From contig VRMN01000010.1 in assembly GCA_008690995.1 (NCBI GenBank), positions 310,001 to 374,000 on the forward strand: DNA of 64,000 bases. The letters are read 5' to 3'. Source of the DNA: Porphyridium purpureum (lineage: Eukaryota). Positions within the stretch are counted from its first letter, which is position 1; each line of letters begins with the position of its first letter. Shown here piece after piece: positions 16,888-27,446 of this stretch. Under the pieces are notes generated by a model that was not told the DNA's origin, did not search any database, and saw only the letters and a program-made list of their open reading frames with translations. The translations under genes and the position numbers were made by a program.

Positions 16888-19722
16888 ATGAGAGCAGACG
16901 CAGAAGGCGGACCACGAGTGAAAATAGGGGCGGGAAGGCTTCATGGAAGGATGCACGAGTGGCCGACACGGTGGCGATGGAAAGAATCATTCACTGGCTG
17001 CGCGCGTATGGTATCACAGAGTAAGAAGGTGAGAGAATCCTCCAGAGGTACTTATCGTCGGTTCGAAAGCGCACGGCAATATCATTCGACCGACGGGATT
17101 GGAAGCGAGCGGCAAGATCACTCGACCGATGGGATTGAAAGCGCGCGGCATTATCATTCGAGCTACGGGAATGAAAGCGAGCGGCGATATCGTGCGGCCG
17201 ACGAAATTGAAAACGAGCGGCAGTATTATTCGAATGACGAGTATGAAAAGCCGAGGAAAAGGCTTCCATACTGGTGGAAGATCGAAAAGCGCGCGAAGAT
17301 CGGTCTGGGACCGCGCGTGCAAAACGATGGAACCTCCACTTACGTTGAGGAACAGCTGAATGCGCGAGTGCTGCCTGGAATCGATCCTCTGAAAGGACCC
17401 TTCTACCTGATTCTGGAGGGCCGCGACTCGTTCCGAGGCATTGTGTTTCGCAAGTCCGACCACCTGGCATTCACGCTCAACACGCCGAACGCAGTGGCTC
17501 GGGGAAAGGCGACGCTGAAAGAAGCGACAGCATATTTCCGCACTATAATGGATTATTACGGACCGGCGGCGCCCCACTTCTTTGCTTTCCGGCACGGTGC
17601 AAGTGGTGCAAGAGGATTCGCTCAGAAGCCAGACATTTTCGCTCGCGCCGAAGCGCCAATGCTTCAAAGGCAAGTATTTGACAACGCGAGCCAGGCCCTC
17701 GTTTTCTGTGAGCAAGCTGGAACGGATGGCAACGACTGGCAAACGTTAGAAGACTCTGTGCTTTACATGGCGAGAAATGAACTTCTGCCAAGTGCCTTGT
17801 GGTCCCAATATCATATCTGGAGCGCAGAAATTGCGCTTGCGAGCGGTCCGCTACCTCTTCTAAACCACCCGAGCGTTTGCGTGAATGATCCAGCCCCGCT
17901 TCTTGAACAAATTGCTGCCTCGGCTGTCCGCGGGTCGCGCAGACTTTGGGAGCTTCGGGACTTGATGACATTGGCTGACGAAACAACCACTCATGCGAAA
18001 AGGGAAGACGTAGACACGATAGCTGAACGACTCGGCATTTCGTCGGCGTCGCCTACGTTGCTGGAGGTGATCCAGAGACTCCACCATGTTACTGTTGAAG
18101 GTTTGCACGCAAAATATCAGTTGTTGGTCGAGATGAAAAGGAAAAAGGTTCTGATGGACGAGCTGTCCTATGATGACTCGGAAGGTTTGAGATCGTTAGA
18201 GCGCGTCGTGCTTCGACGAGAGGCACAAAAGAAGGAGCTCATGGCCAATCCTGCGAAAGCACGACACGCCAAGCACATAGATGCGTGCGTGCAGGGCATT
18301 GCCATCGATTATCCAGAGAAAAAGTACACTGCGGCTGCAATGCTGCATATGCAACTCCATTTCGGCGACAGTGAAGGCTTTTCTGCCGAAAGTGTGGACA
18401 CAACTCGTCTGTTTCGATCCAAGGAGGTCGAATCTAGCACAGAATGGCCTCAATGCTGCAATGGCGACGTTGCACAACGGCCTGACGAGACAGTGTCAAG
18501 CAACATCATTCAGCTCGAAGCGCTTGTGCAGGCGCTGGACTATTTTATTTTACGCTATTTGGACTGCGGTGAGCAGTTCATTGAGTCCTTGACGCTGAAA
18601 ACCCCGAGCTCATACTGCGTCACGCGCTGCAAATCGAAGCTGTCTAAATGGAGGCAGAAGAAATGGCAATTGAGTGAAAAAGTGAAGAAGAAGGAGCTCT
18701 GGGAAGCGCTTGACAATCGCCTGCTGATTCTCAAAGGCATTTGTAAGGTCTCCATTGAACTGATGGCCCCTACGGACCACGTCTGGAACACTAGCAAACT
18801 TGAACAGTATTTGTCCGCAACGAAGATCAGGGCGACCACGACGCCCGCGATTGAGAAAGCCGTGGCTGAAGAGGCAAGCACGACAGGGACAGATTTGGGG
18901 CGCATTCCTGATGCCACTCCGAGTAGGGCAGATTTGACTCAGTGCCTTTCGGAGGGCGTAGATGCACACACAGCGAGCGTGTGGAGTGACATGAATCGCG
19001 GAATTTTTAATGAAGTTGAGATCAAGGGATTCTATGGGCGAACATGGTACGATGTCCGCGTCGGCGTGCATTTTGGTACTCACGATGTTCGAAACCTTGC
19101 GGGAATGTGGGTTTTCCGCAAGGCAGATAAATGGACTCCAAACCATGCCGAGCTGCTTGCTGCAGTGTGCTGCTTAGACCAGGTTATCCGCCACACGCTG
19201 GCCGGCTCGCCAACAGCGCTTCCTTGGAATGGCCAGCTCAAAGTGTGGACGGATTTCGATTACCTGCGGGATTCACTTGCTAAAGTGGACGAGGGTTGGA
19301 AGGAAGACTGCCGCGGCAATCCGGGTCAGCTCAAGGCACTGACAGGAACGGACGAGTTCCGCCGCAAATTTTCCAGTCTGTGGACGGCGCTGTACGCGCG
19401 CGTGCTGGTTCTCCGATGCTTGCGACCCATGGAATTTGTTTGGAAATCCAGCAAGCGAAATAAGGATGCTCATACGCTCGCGTCAAGAACGAAGATGATG
19501 CTTGAGTTGAATCAGAGAGTAGTCGAAACCGCTGTAACGCAGGTGTGCAGTCCTGACCGGCTTGCTCGCGACCGTAGCCTCATAGCGTCTTTACACAAGG
19601 TTCCCATTCTGTCGCCGATGTCACCGATCGAAATGCTCGAGTACGTGCGTCAATTGAAACCGGGAGATCACATCGGCGCGCTGGTGCACGAGTTGTTCAG
19701 GACCTCGCGCCCGCCGCAATAA
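16888..19722 (+). CDS. Double-HBD family member 7: 12-aa repeats + module + RNase H-like A + B
   Basis: Module; A: HIDACVQG, QLEALVQAL, TPSSYC, KWRQKKW; B: VEIKG, VGVHFGTHDVRNLA, AELLAA, WTDF, NKDAHTLA; start could be 16888, 16951 or 17008. Confidence 0.85.
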   Translation: MRADAEGGPRVKIGAGRLHGRMHEWPTRWRWKESFTGCARMVSQSKKVRESSRGTYRRFESARQYHSTDGIGSERQDHSTDGIESARHYHSSYGNESERRYRAADEIENERQYYSNDEYEKPRKRLPYWWKIEKRAKIGLGPRVQNDGTSTYVEEQLNARVLPGIDPLKGPFYLILEGRDSFRGIVFRKSDHLAFTLNTPNAVARGKATLKEATAYFRTIMDYYGPAAPHFFAFRHGASGARGFAQKPDIFARAEAPMLQRQVFDNASQALVFCEQAGTDGNDWQTLEDSVLYMARNELLPSALWSQYHIWSAEIALASGPLPLLNHPSVCVNDPAPLLEQIAASAVRGSRRLWELRDLMTLADETTTHAKREDVDTIAERLGISSASPTLLEVIQRLHHVTVEGLHAKYQLLVEMKRKKVLMDELSYDDSEGLRSLERVVLRREAQKKELMANPAKARHAKHIDACVQGIAIDYPEKKYTAAAMLHMQLHFGDSEGFSAESVDTTRLFRSKEVESSTEWPQCCNGDVAQRPDETVSSNIIQLEALVQALDYFILRYLDCGEQFIESLTLKTPSSYCVTRCKSKLSKWRQKKWQLSEKVKKKELWEALDNRLLILKGICKVSIELMAPTDHVWNTSKLEQYLSATKIRATTTPAIEKAVAEEASTTGTDLGRIPDATPSRADLTQCLSEGVDAHTASVWSDMNRGIFNEVEIKGFYGRTWYDVRVGVHFGTHDVRNLAGMWVFRKADKWTPNHAELLAAVCCLDQVIRHTLAGSPTALPWNGQLKVWTDFDYLRDSLAKVDEGWKEDCRGNPGQLKALTGTDEFRRKFSSLWTALYARVLVLRCLRPMEFVWKSSKRNKDAHTLASRTKMMLELNQRVVETAVTQVCSPDRLARDRSLIASLHKVPILSPMSPIEMLEYVRQLKPGDHIGALVHELFRTSRPPQ
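17065..17244 (+). repeat. Five degenerate 36-nt (12-aa) coding tandem repeats
   Basis: ESARQYHSTDGI / GSERQDHSTDGI / ESARHYHSSYGN / ESERRYRAADEI / ENERQYYSNDEY. Confidence 0.85.
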
Positions 19723-19831
19723 TCGTCGCCGGCATAGCTGCTCATCGTCAGGTCCGGATGCACTAAACTTCCAACACGCGGTCACACTGTGAACGCTCTT
19801 CGCTGTCTCTCCACATGGCGCCCCGTGTGCG

Positions 19832-20809
19832 ATGCGCATCTTTCTCATCGGCATTCGGGATCCCATGTCGTGTCGCTCTGTTGCCTTGGGAAGTGTCCAG
19901 GGCGGTCGACGTGGACGCACGTGGGCCGCACGCCTTCAGGGCGACTACCCGGACCGGGCATCCAAATGGATTCGTGCGGGCGCCGCGGCGCTCCTCCGAA
20001 ATACGTCGACCTCGCCTCACGCGCCCAGTTGGGATGAGGCGGATGGAGGGAACGGAACAGGGCCCGCTGCGGCCGATGCCACGGCGCAAGCTCCGGTCTT
20101 CGCGATCTGCGGCGGCCGCGACTCGTTTAGAGGCATTGTCATGACAGCGCCAGAATGTGAATCGCTCACCAGTGGGACGTCTGGAGCCGTTGTTGAAACA
20201 CGAAGCGACGTGAAGCAAGCCGCATTGTACCTGCGCGCAGCGGTAAACGCGGCGCAAGAATCGATGTTCTATGGCTTCCGGTACGGACTGAATGGATCGC
20301 GCGGATACACGATCTCACCGGATGTTTTCAAGGCGCTGCTTGAGCGCGTAAACGGGCCGGAAATTGAGAGAAAGGTTTTCAAGAACACGACACAAGCGCT
20401 GGTTTTCTGCGAGCAGGCCGGTACTACTGGAGAAGACTGGCACAAGTTGGAGACGGCGGCTCTGTACTTGCAGAGAAATCCCTTCCTCAGCACACCAAGC
20501 ATGATGGCTGCATACTTTGTTCCGTCGCCGGATGCAGAGCTGTGGAGCGGGCCCTCTGTTGGAATTCTCCACACACAGACCGAAGCAGCTCGACTTCATG
20601 AGCCGGACTCTTTGCATGCCCCCCCGACAATCAATGACTCAATCGTCTCATCTCTGGCGCGCGATATTGTTCGCGACCTGGACGATGCCTCGCTCCATCA
20701 CGCGGTCGGAGTGTCCAGAAAGCTGTATGACATCGCGAGCAAGGTGCATGCTGTCATCTTAGAAGCCCGAGACGCCAAGCGGAGCGAACGAGGGACGGAC
20801 CAAACCTGA
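19832..20809 (+). CDS. Double-HBD family member 8 (module + helical linker, ends before RNase H)
   Basis: KWIRAGAAAL; PVFAICGGRDSFRG; FYGFRYGLNGSRG; TQALVFCEQAGT; linker LARDIVRDLDDASL...LEARDAK matches the linker of RNase H-bearing members. Confidence 0.82.
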   Translation: MRIFLIGIRDPMSCRSVALGSVQGGRRGRTWAARLQGDYPDRASKWIRAGAAALLRNTSTSPHAPSWDEADGGNGTGPAAADATAQAPVFAICGGRDSFRGIVMTAPECESLTSGTSGAVVETRSDVKQAALYLRAAVNAAQESMFYGFRYGLNGSRGYTISPDVFKALLERVNGPEIERKVFKNTTQALVFCEQAGTTGEDWHKLETAALYLQRNPFLSTPSMMAAYFVPSPDAELWSGPSVGILHTQTEAARLHEPDSLHAPPTINDSIVSSLARDIVRDLDDASLHHAVGVSRKLYDIASKVHAVILEARDAKRSERGTDQT

Positions 20810-21302
20810 AACCCTTGTAAACCAGGTCAAATCGGCGTGGAAGAGACTGTGGAGTACGCAATATTGACTTTGTTTTCTGAGGCGTCCTTTATTGATACGG
20901 GAATTTCGTGACTCTCAGCAAAAGCGAGTGATATTGGACAAACAATTCACGCATCTCAGCACAATTGCCAGGACCTGCAAAAAGAAACATTAATCATCGT
21001 ACCTCTCCAGCCGAGAATTGGTCGCAGCGGGAGCAATCCTGCGTGACATTTCGTGCGATCAGCCAAACTGACGCGACGCTGAACCGTGTAAAGAATAGAC
21101 ATCGAGGCTTGTTCGGATTCGCACTCACATGCTTTACGCGACTGCTCGTCGCCTTCCACGCCAAGCTGCTCCGAGTACGTACCCCAAGGCCTCTTGAGAA
21201 ACGTCGGGTCTCGGGGTCTGGCATATAAGCGCAAAGTCAAAATAAGGGGCCGATCTAGCTGAACACGTGCGTGTTGTGTCTCTCAGTGTTCGTCCGCCAC
21301 CC

Positions 21303-22025
21303 ATGCAGGCGAGGCAGCGAAACGTGGTAGCTTCACTTTATCGCGCGCTCAACTCGGCGCGATGGATTCACGCGTGTGGCATGGTGCCCAAAATGGATTT
21401 CTTTCCTGACCCGAAGCGAAAGAAGCAGCCCATGACCCACGCGAAAAGCGATGCGGAGGCTGATGGGCCAGATGGCGCACAGGATGGCAAGAGCCCAGAG
21501 TTTCCGGATCCATTCTACGTGATCTGGAATGGCGAGGACGCGTTCCGTGGCATCATCTATCGTCGGTACGCGGAGTACGTGGCGTTGGGCGGCACATTGA
21601 GCCTCAGATACATTCGGCATTCGAAGATGATAACGTGGGACGGCGCGTTTGCCTTCTTGCGGTACAAGTATGTGCATCACGGCAAAGGAGAGAATCTGCG
21701 GTTCTTTGCGTTTCGCAACGGCAAGAATGGCACGCGGGGCTACACGGTCTCAATGCACATCTTTCGGGCCGCGCTGAGACAGGCTGACGCTCCGCAGCTG
21801 GAAAAAAGAGCGTTTAGAACCACGACGCAAGCGCTTGTGTTTTGCCAGCAGGCCGGAACTGAAGGCACAGACTGGCAAACGCTGGAAGGCTCTGTCCGCT
21901 TCATGGCGAAACATCCGGCGTTCTGTACACCGAAGCTCGTGAGCGAGTTTCTAATCAGAGCAACCGTCCGGGACAGCGCCGACGACGCGACACGGCGTCA
22001 AGTTACGCGGACTGCACGTGTATGA
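21303..22025 (+). CDS. Double-HBD family member 9
   Basis: ARWIHACG; PFYVIWNGEDAFRG; FFAFRNGKNGTRG; TQALVFCQQAGT..DW. Confidence 0.82.
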   Translation: MQARQRNVVASLYRALNSARWIHACGMVPKMDFFPDPKRKKQPMTHAKSDAEADGPDGAQDGKSPEFPDPFYVIWNGEDAFRGIIYRRYAEYVALGGTLSLRYIRHSKMITWDGAFAFLRYKYVHHGKGENLRFFAFRNGKNGTRGYTVSMHIFRAALRQADAPQLEKRAFRTTTQALVFCQQAGTEGTDWQTLEGSVRFMAKHPAFCTPKLVSEFLIRATVRDSADDATRRQVTRTARV

Positions 22026-22658
22026 AGGATATTCGAGGACCGCATATAGCGCGGATTTACTGAGCATGCCCCTTGTTGCTGATCCGAGAAGCAAACCCAC
22101 AGGCCAACGAGCGGCAGGGACCGACCGCGGACACTCGGAAGATGTCGGGACTGCCGTATATTGCCATGTGGAGCACCAGAGTTTCGACAGTCTGTGCGGA
22201 TCATTTACACTTGCAGCCGGCCTGCTGCCCCGACTGTCAAGGTCGTCTTGATTCCGTAAACAAGGTGGGAACGGGAGGCGTGTAGGCTGTCGCTCGGCCT
22301 CTCAAAAGACCGTAAAGTCAACGGGTTTCTGCATCGGCAGCGCGTGCGCCACGCCAGCTGGTGCCGAAGACCGAAGATGGTGTCTGTACTGGTCTACTGA
22401 GCGTCCGCAGCACGGACTGCAGCGCCTGGCCGATCCCCTCCATACATGTCGCTTATGTACACGGAGCAGAAATAAACGTTGTGGCATGTCGTTTGTCACT
22501 TGTTCCATGCGTGCCTGTCGTTGCGCGTCTGTGCATCGAGTCAACGTGCGCGCTACGGCATCAAGCACACGCGCGCGCATATGCACATTGCCCGACCTTT
22601 GTGAGTGACGAACGTGGATGCGGCTCGCTGTGGCGGGTCGCCAGCCGCAAACGATTTC

Positions 22659-23729
22659 ATGCGCCATCCGGTGACTGGGCGGCGAGCCATGCGCTCGCTG
22701 GCGAGATGTATCCTGGGCGAGGTGGCTGGTGGCACCTGGCTGGTCGCCACACGGTCGATTCATGCCAGCCCGGCGGCGCTGAAGAAGCCAAAGGGACGCG
22801 GCATCCATGTGGACTTTCAAGCAGATGTGTGGCCGGCGCGCGGCCCGCCCACCGACGGTGCCAGCAATCTTTCGCGCGGGCATGGCGACCAACACTTTGC
22901 GCATAGTGTTCGCGGCCCCTTTTACGCCTTTCGGCACGGACGCGATGACTTCCGTGGCGTGGTTTTGACCTTCAAGGACTTCGAGTCGCTGAGCAAGGGG
23001 GTGAGACGGCCCGACGCACGAAGGGTCGACACATTGGATGTGGCAGTCGCCTTGCTTTCGGAGAATATCGTGAAGCGTCGCTTCTTGGCATTTCGTCACG
23101 GACTGAATGGTGCTCGTGGCATCTTCTTCCATGACCAGCACGCAATGTTGTTGTTGTCAGACTACGAAGCGCCAAAAATGGAAAAGTACCGATTCAATAA
23201 TATGACACAGGCGCTGGTCTTCTGTGAGCAGGCAGAAAGTGGCGCGAAAGATTGGCAAACGCTCGAGAATTCCATCCGCTTTCTGGCCAGGTACCCCGCG
23301 CTGCGCATTCCGAGCATGAATTTTCATTACGTCGTCCGGAGCCCCAGGAAACCCGCGCCATGCGTTCCTTACCTACCCGGTCGAGGACTACGAAAAAGCA
23401 ACGCCCGCGATATGGTGCTGGCGCGTGCTGAATCCGAATTCGTGCGCGCCGCAAAGGATCTTCCACCCGGACAATGGCTGATTGACGTGTTCGAACATGC
23501 CGCCCCGACTCTGGCAGAATGTGACTGCGGCAAGAGGCTCGACCGCGAGCACCGCAAAATGTGGAAGGCAAAACATGATCTCCAGCGATCCAACGCAGGC
23601 GGCTCGGCTGGAAACAGTATGGACGCTGCATTCGACACGCAGTCAGATAGTGACTGGGACTTTCCAATGAACCCTGAGGAGTCGGACTCTGGCGGGGACT
23701 CAGGAAGCCCATACCCGTGCAGCGACTGA
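22659..23729 (+). CDS. Double-HBD family member 10
   Basis: RSIHASPAALKK; GPFYAFRHGRDDFRGVV; FLAFRHGLNGARG; NMTQALVFCEQAE..DW; start 22659 or 22689. Confidence 0.85.
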   Translation: MRHPVTGRRAMRSLARCILGEVAGGTWLVATRSIHASPAALKKPKGRGIHVDFQADVWPARGPPTDGASNLSRGHGDQHFAHSVRGPFYAFRHGRDDFRGVVLTFKDFESLSKGVRRPDARRVDTLDVAVALLSENIVKRRFLAFRHGLNGARGIFFHDQHAMLLLSDYEAPKMEKYRFNNMTQALVFCEQAESGAKDWQTLENSIRFLARYPALRIPSMNFHYVVRSPRKPAPCVPYLPGRGLRKSNARDMVLARAESEFVRAAKDLPPGQWLIDVFEHAAPTLAECDCGKRLDREHRKMWKAKHDLQRSNAGGSAGNSMDAAFDTQSDSDWDFPMNPEESDSGGDSGSPYPCSD

Positions 23730-23926
23730 TATGCTCGCTCTGTGAAAGCATTTAACCTGCGACATGAAACAAATTCGCATCAAGCAGCGACCGGAGCAGC
23801 TGAGCTCGATGCGTTAAAGCATGGACAACTACAGAGCCATCGCATCATAACGCAGATGCAGGTATGAAGTGAATCTGGAACACGCTCTTCTGCCGATACA
23901 TCTGTCGCTCTTCGCTCTTCGCTCTT

Positions 23927-23945
23927 CTCTCTCTCTCTCTCTCTC
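23927..23945. repeat. (CT)n microsatellite
   Basis: ctctctctctctctctctc. Confidence 0.8.
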
Positions 23946-24243
23946 AGAGCTTGAGCGACACCCAGAACAGACAAGAGCCGAGAATGCCATTACGCCACGC
24001 ATTACACTTCTAATAAAACAGGGTCGTTTACATATAAACATGACACATGGATGCACGGGAGGACAGACATGGCTGCATTTTTCGCGTTTTGGATTTTTTT
24101 TTTTTTGGGTGTGAACGGGTTGAAGGAGCGAGACGGAAGACGACGCGCCTGTCGCAACTGAGCGCCACGGCGGTGAAGAACGGAGGAGTCCGGAAGCGCG
24201 TACGCGCTGTGCCACCGTCGATTGCGCGTAATTGGTGTGGGTC

Positions 24244-25515
24244 ATGGAGGTTTTGTCGCAGGCGCGGAAGCGTCGTCCAGCTGGCGAGGAGGAGGAGGAC
24301 AACGACGCGGAACGTGCGTTGCGGCATGAGCTGCTCGAGGCAAGCGGTGCTCAAGTGGAAGCGAGGAAGAAGTACAAGCGCGTAGCAGAGGTAGATGTTC
24401 GTGTGGATGGACGTGAGCACGCGCGGAGTGTGTTTGCAGATGTGTCGCGGATAGAGGACGCGGGCAGGGACAGACTGGATGATGAATGTCTGTCTGTGGC
24501 TGGACAGTGTGCCGTTCCCGCCGCGGGTGTACGAAATGCACCGGACGCTGCGGGCCTTCGCGTGGAGCTCTCAAAAGAAGCGTTGCACGCTGAAGCGTTC
24601 GCGGGTAGTGGCGTCGACGTGCAGGTGCAATCAGGACACAGGGTGTGGCGTCCGAACCAGATCGAAACGAACGAGCAGGCACCGTCTGCTGTGCTTCTGG
24701 ACACTGCGCGCACACAAGAGGCGCTGGTCTCTGATGCAGTGGTTCCACGTGAAGAGGCTACGAATGAAAAGTTTTCGAACGCACAGACCCACAGCGCTGA
24801 CGCGTGCCGACAAAGACAGAACGAAGTGCAGTTTGACGCCAACTCTGCTTCGAGACCAGCTAGAACTCGTAAGAAGAGCGACACCAAACACCGCCTGCAA
24901 GCAAACCAGCATGAGGAAATCCTGACTAATGCTGCGCTGAAAGCGCTTCGTGCCGGCTCCCAGCCTGTCGCGGTTTCTATCCAGGAATCTTGGAGCGAAA
25001 GCAACGAAGCTTCGGAATCTCGCACCCAGCCAAAGACAGCAGCAGCCCTGCGCAAACGAAAGTCGCGCGCCAAGCTTATGGAAATGCGCGGTATTGAAGC
25101 TATGCGTCGCCAGGAAGCGGAGCAGCGCCGATCTCTGCGAGCGCGGCAAGGAGCAGAAGGTCGCGCACGTGCAGCGGCTGACAAGCGAAACAGGCGGGCT
25201 CAGCAAATGGCTGAGCGTGGTGCAGAGGTAGTGCGCCGGGACGAAGCCAGCAGAAGACGAGCATATCGCGCGAGACAAGACGCGGAGGCTCGGGCCGCCG
25301 AAACTGTACGCAAGCGGGAGTCGCGCGCTAAAAAAGTGTCTGCGTTTGGCCTTGATGCGGTCCGCCGCGAGGAAGCATTGAAGCGCCAGGCACGGCGGCT
25401 GCGACAAGTAGAAGTGCATGGTTTAGAGGCTTTTCGCCGCGCCCAGGCGGAGCAGAAGAAGGCGCAGCGAGCGCGAAAGAAGGAAGAGCAGACCCCGGAA
25501 AGACCTCCGCCATGA
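24244..25515 (+). CDS. Unknown protein with C-terminal Arg/Ala/Glu-rich helical repeats (not a family member)
   Basis: ORF of ~423 aa from ATG 24244; repeats KRxxRAxxxxxxGxExxRRxEAxxRRxxRARQ. Confidence 0.6.
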   Translation: MEVLSQARKRRPAGEEEEDNDAERALRHELLEASGAQVEARKKYKRVAEVDVRVDGREHARSVFADVSRIEDAGRDRLDDECLSVAGQCAVPAAGVRNAPDAAGLRVELSKEALHAEAFAGSGVDVQVQSGHRVWRPNQIETNEQAPSAVLLDTARTQEALVSDAVVPREEATNEKFSNAQTHSADACRQRQNEVQFDANSASRPARTRKKSDTKHRLQANQHEEILTNAALKALRAGSQPVAVSIQESWSESNEASESRTQPKTAAALRKRKSRAKLMEMRGIEAMRRQEAEQRRSLRARQGAEGRARAAADKRNRRAQQMAERGAEVVRRDEASRRRAYRARQDAEARAAETVRKRESRAKKVSAFGLDAVRREEALKRQARRLRQVEVHGLEAFRRAQAEQKKAQRARKKEEQTPERPPP

Positions 25516-25782
25516 GGAGAGACAGATTTCATTCTCACAAGATACAACAGCACGTTTCGCACATTGTCAAGGCTTCCGGATCTGGCCGATACGCGCTTAT
25601 GATGATGCTCTCGATCTGGAGAGCGCCGCCGACGCCTGAGAAATAAATTTCCGCCCGGGACGTCGTCTGACCTTCCCGCTGTACTGACTCGCTGTGGGTT
25701 CCACGGCTTTCGCCAGCTCTGCGCGTGTACGCGTCTTGCCGCGCTGAGAGGGAGCCCTGCACGTGAGCAGGCGATAAGTGCA

Positions 25783-26472
25783 ATGCTTGCGCGTTGGTAT
25801 TGGCCATTGCTGGTCCGGAAGCACATCGCTGACACGCCGCGCTGGATTCGCGCGCATGCCACTTCACACGGAAAGCGCGAGATTGAACAAGCCGGTCCTC
25901 TCGATGTTGGCGTTGAAGTGTGGCCCGCACAGCCGCAGGATTCGGTGCCGTGTGCGAGCGCGTCGGGTTGGGGCGATGAGGACGACCTGCTCGGGCCGTT
26001 CTTCGCCATCCGGCGCGGTGTGGACAAATTCCGCGGTGTGGTGGTAAGGGAAGGCGAATTCAGATGCTTGCTTCGCCGAGACTCGGAGAATTATGGAAGA
26101 ACGACCAAAACACTCAAGCAGGCGATAGGTTTCTGCCTTGCACCAGGCACGCGAGCAGATCGGTACAGGGAGCCTGCGCACTACATTGGCTTCCGGGGCG
26201 GCGCGGATGGAGCGCGTGGAGTCATCGTCTCCGGCAATGTGGCGAAAGGCGTGTTGGAGCGTGTCAGTGCTCCCACGCTGCAGAAGCTGGCGTTCAGCAA
26301 CATGACACAGGCGCTTCTCTTTTGCGAGCAGGCCGACACGCGAGGCACAGAATGGCAAGGCCTGACCAGTTCGGTGCGCTTTCTGGCCAGGAATCCACGT
26401 CTCAGCACACCACGACTGATAGACCACTTTCTCATTCGAAGCGTGCACGCCCGTTTTCCGCAGGATCCTTAA
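25783..26472 (+). CDS. Double-HBD family member 11
   Basis: PRWIRAHAT; GPFFAIRRGVDKFRGVV; YIGFRGGADGARG; NMTQALLFCEQADT..EW. Confidence 0.85.
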   Translation: MLARWYWPLLVRKHIADTPRWIRAHATSHGKREIEQAGPLDVGVEVWPAQPQDSVPCASASGWGDEDDLLGPFFAIRRGVDKFRGVVVREGEFRCLLRRDSENYGRTTKTLKQAIGFCLAPGTRADRYREPAHYIGFRGGADGARGVIVSGNVAKGVLERVSAPTLQKLAFSNMTQALLFCEQADTRGTEWQGLTSSVRFLARNPRLSTPRLIDHFLIRSVHARFPQDP

Positions 26473-26736
26473 TCCTCGGCGTGTTGTGCGGAAACAACTC
26501 ATCACCACGGATACGAAGCGCGCGCGCGCGCCAGTTCTAGTCCACCCATGGCCTACGTCACGCACGGCGCCATGCAAACGAATGCTGTCTCGCTGCCAAT
26601 CTTTGTGGCTGATGATCAAGCTTGGAGCGAAAGACGCGACCAGAGCAGCAGAGGAGCGAGGCGACCGAGCAAGCGCGTTCTCCGTTGTATGTGGAATGGT
26701 GAGTCTGATAATCGGCGTAGCGTGACGTCGACGTAG

Positions 26737-27282
26737 ATGGTTAGCGCCTGCAGTATGAGCTTGTGGTGCGTGCGGCGCCAGTGGCTTGGAACGGTGGTCG
26801 GCGCTGTCGGTCAGACTGGTGCGTGCCGATGGATGCGCACGAGTGTATTGGTCATGAAGGACAGGTCCTCCGGTCCCACGCCTTTGGATCTATTCAGGAA
26901 GCACTTTGTGGACAAGACCGTGGACGATCTGCAGGAGAGGGCAAACCGCGCGAAGGCGAGTGCCGAAGCCGTGAGGTTGAGACGAGCGAGGAAGAGTGCC
27001 GAAGCCGCCAGGCCGAGCACGAATGAGGAGGATGGAAGGAAGAGGAGGTTGAACGTGGCTGCGGCTGAGGCGCTGGACGAGGATGCAGACGAGGAAGACC
27101 AGGTGACTTTTGAACAGCCAGAATACGACAAGAGGCCGATTCAGCCGAACTTTTTCCCTGAGCTCGACCCGAAAAACCAGCCGCGACGGCGCCGCGGGGA
27201 GTACTGGGAACCGCGACGAGGCCGCGATGGCGACGAGGACTACACTGATTGTTGTGAATTCGACCTGCGAGATCTCAAGTAG
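26737..27282 (+). CDS. Presequence-bearing small protein, N-terminally related to the next gene but lacking the HBD module
   Basis: RWMRTSVLVMKD...PLDLFRKHFVDKTVDD versus RWMHSSVMVMKG...PLNRWAQRYIDHRMDE in the 27447 gene. Confidence 0.6.
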   Translation: MVSACSMSLWCVRRQWLGTVVGAVGQTGACRWMRTSVLVMKDRSSGPTPLDLFRKHFVDKTVDDLQERANRAKASAEAVRLRRARKSAEAARPSTNEEDGRKRRLNVAAAEALDEDADEEDQVTFEQPEYDKRPIQPNFFPELDPKNQPRRRRGEYWEPRRGRDGDEDYTDCCEFDLRDLK

Positions 27283-27446
27283 CGGCGTTGATGCGGACGT
27301 GTCCCGGTTATAATCGTTGTGAAGAAGCCGCGTCTAGCCTTCATCTCAATAAATCTGAAGTGATATTACGTGCGAGCACCAACAAGGTTGCGTCGTGACC
27401 GGCGCATTCGAGCGCTTGCGCGTTGGCAGCAAGATCCCGCGGCGGC

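Noticed and set aside
8647..19722. Retrotransposon or caulimovirus origin suggested by RNase H and Cauli_VI-like domains
   Set aside because: No RT (YxDD), integrase, protease, gag, LTRs or TSDs seen; presequences and HBD point to cellular RNase H1 ancestry
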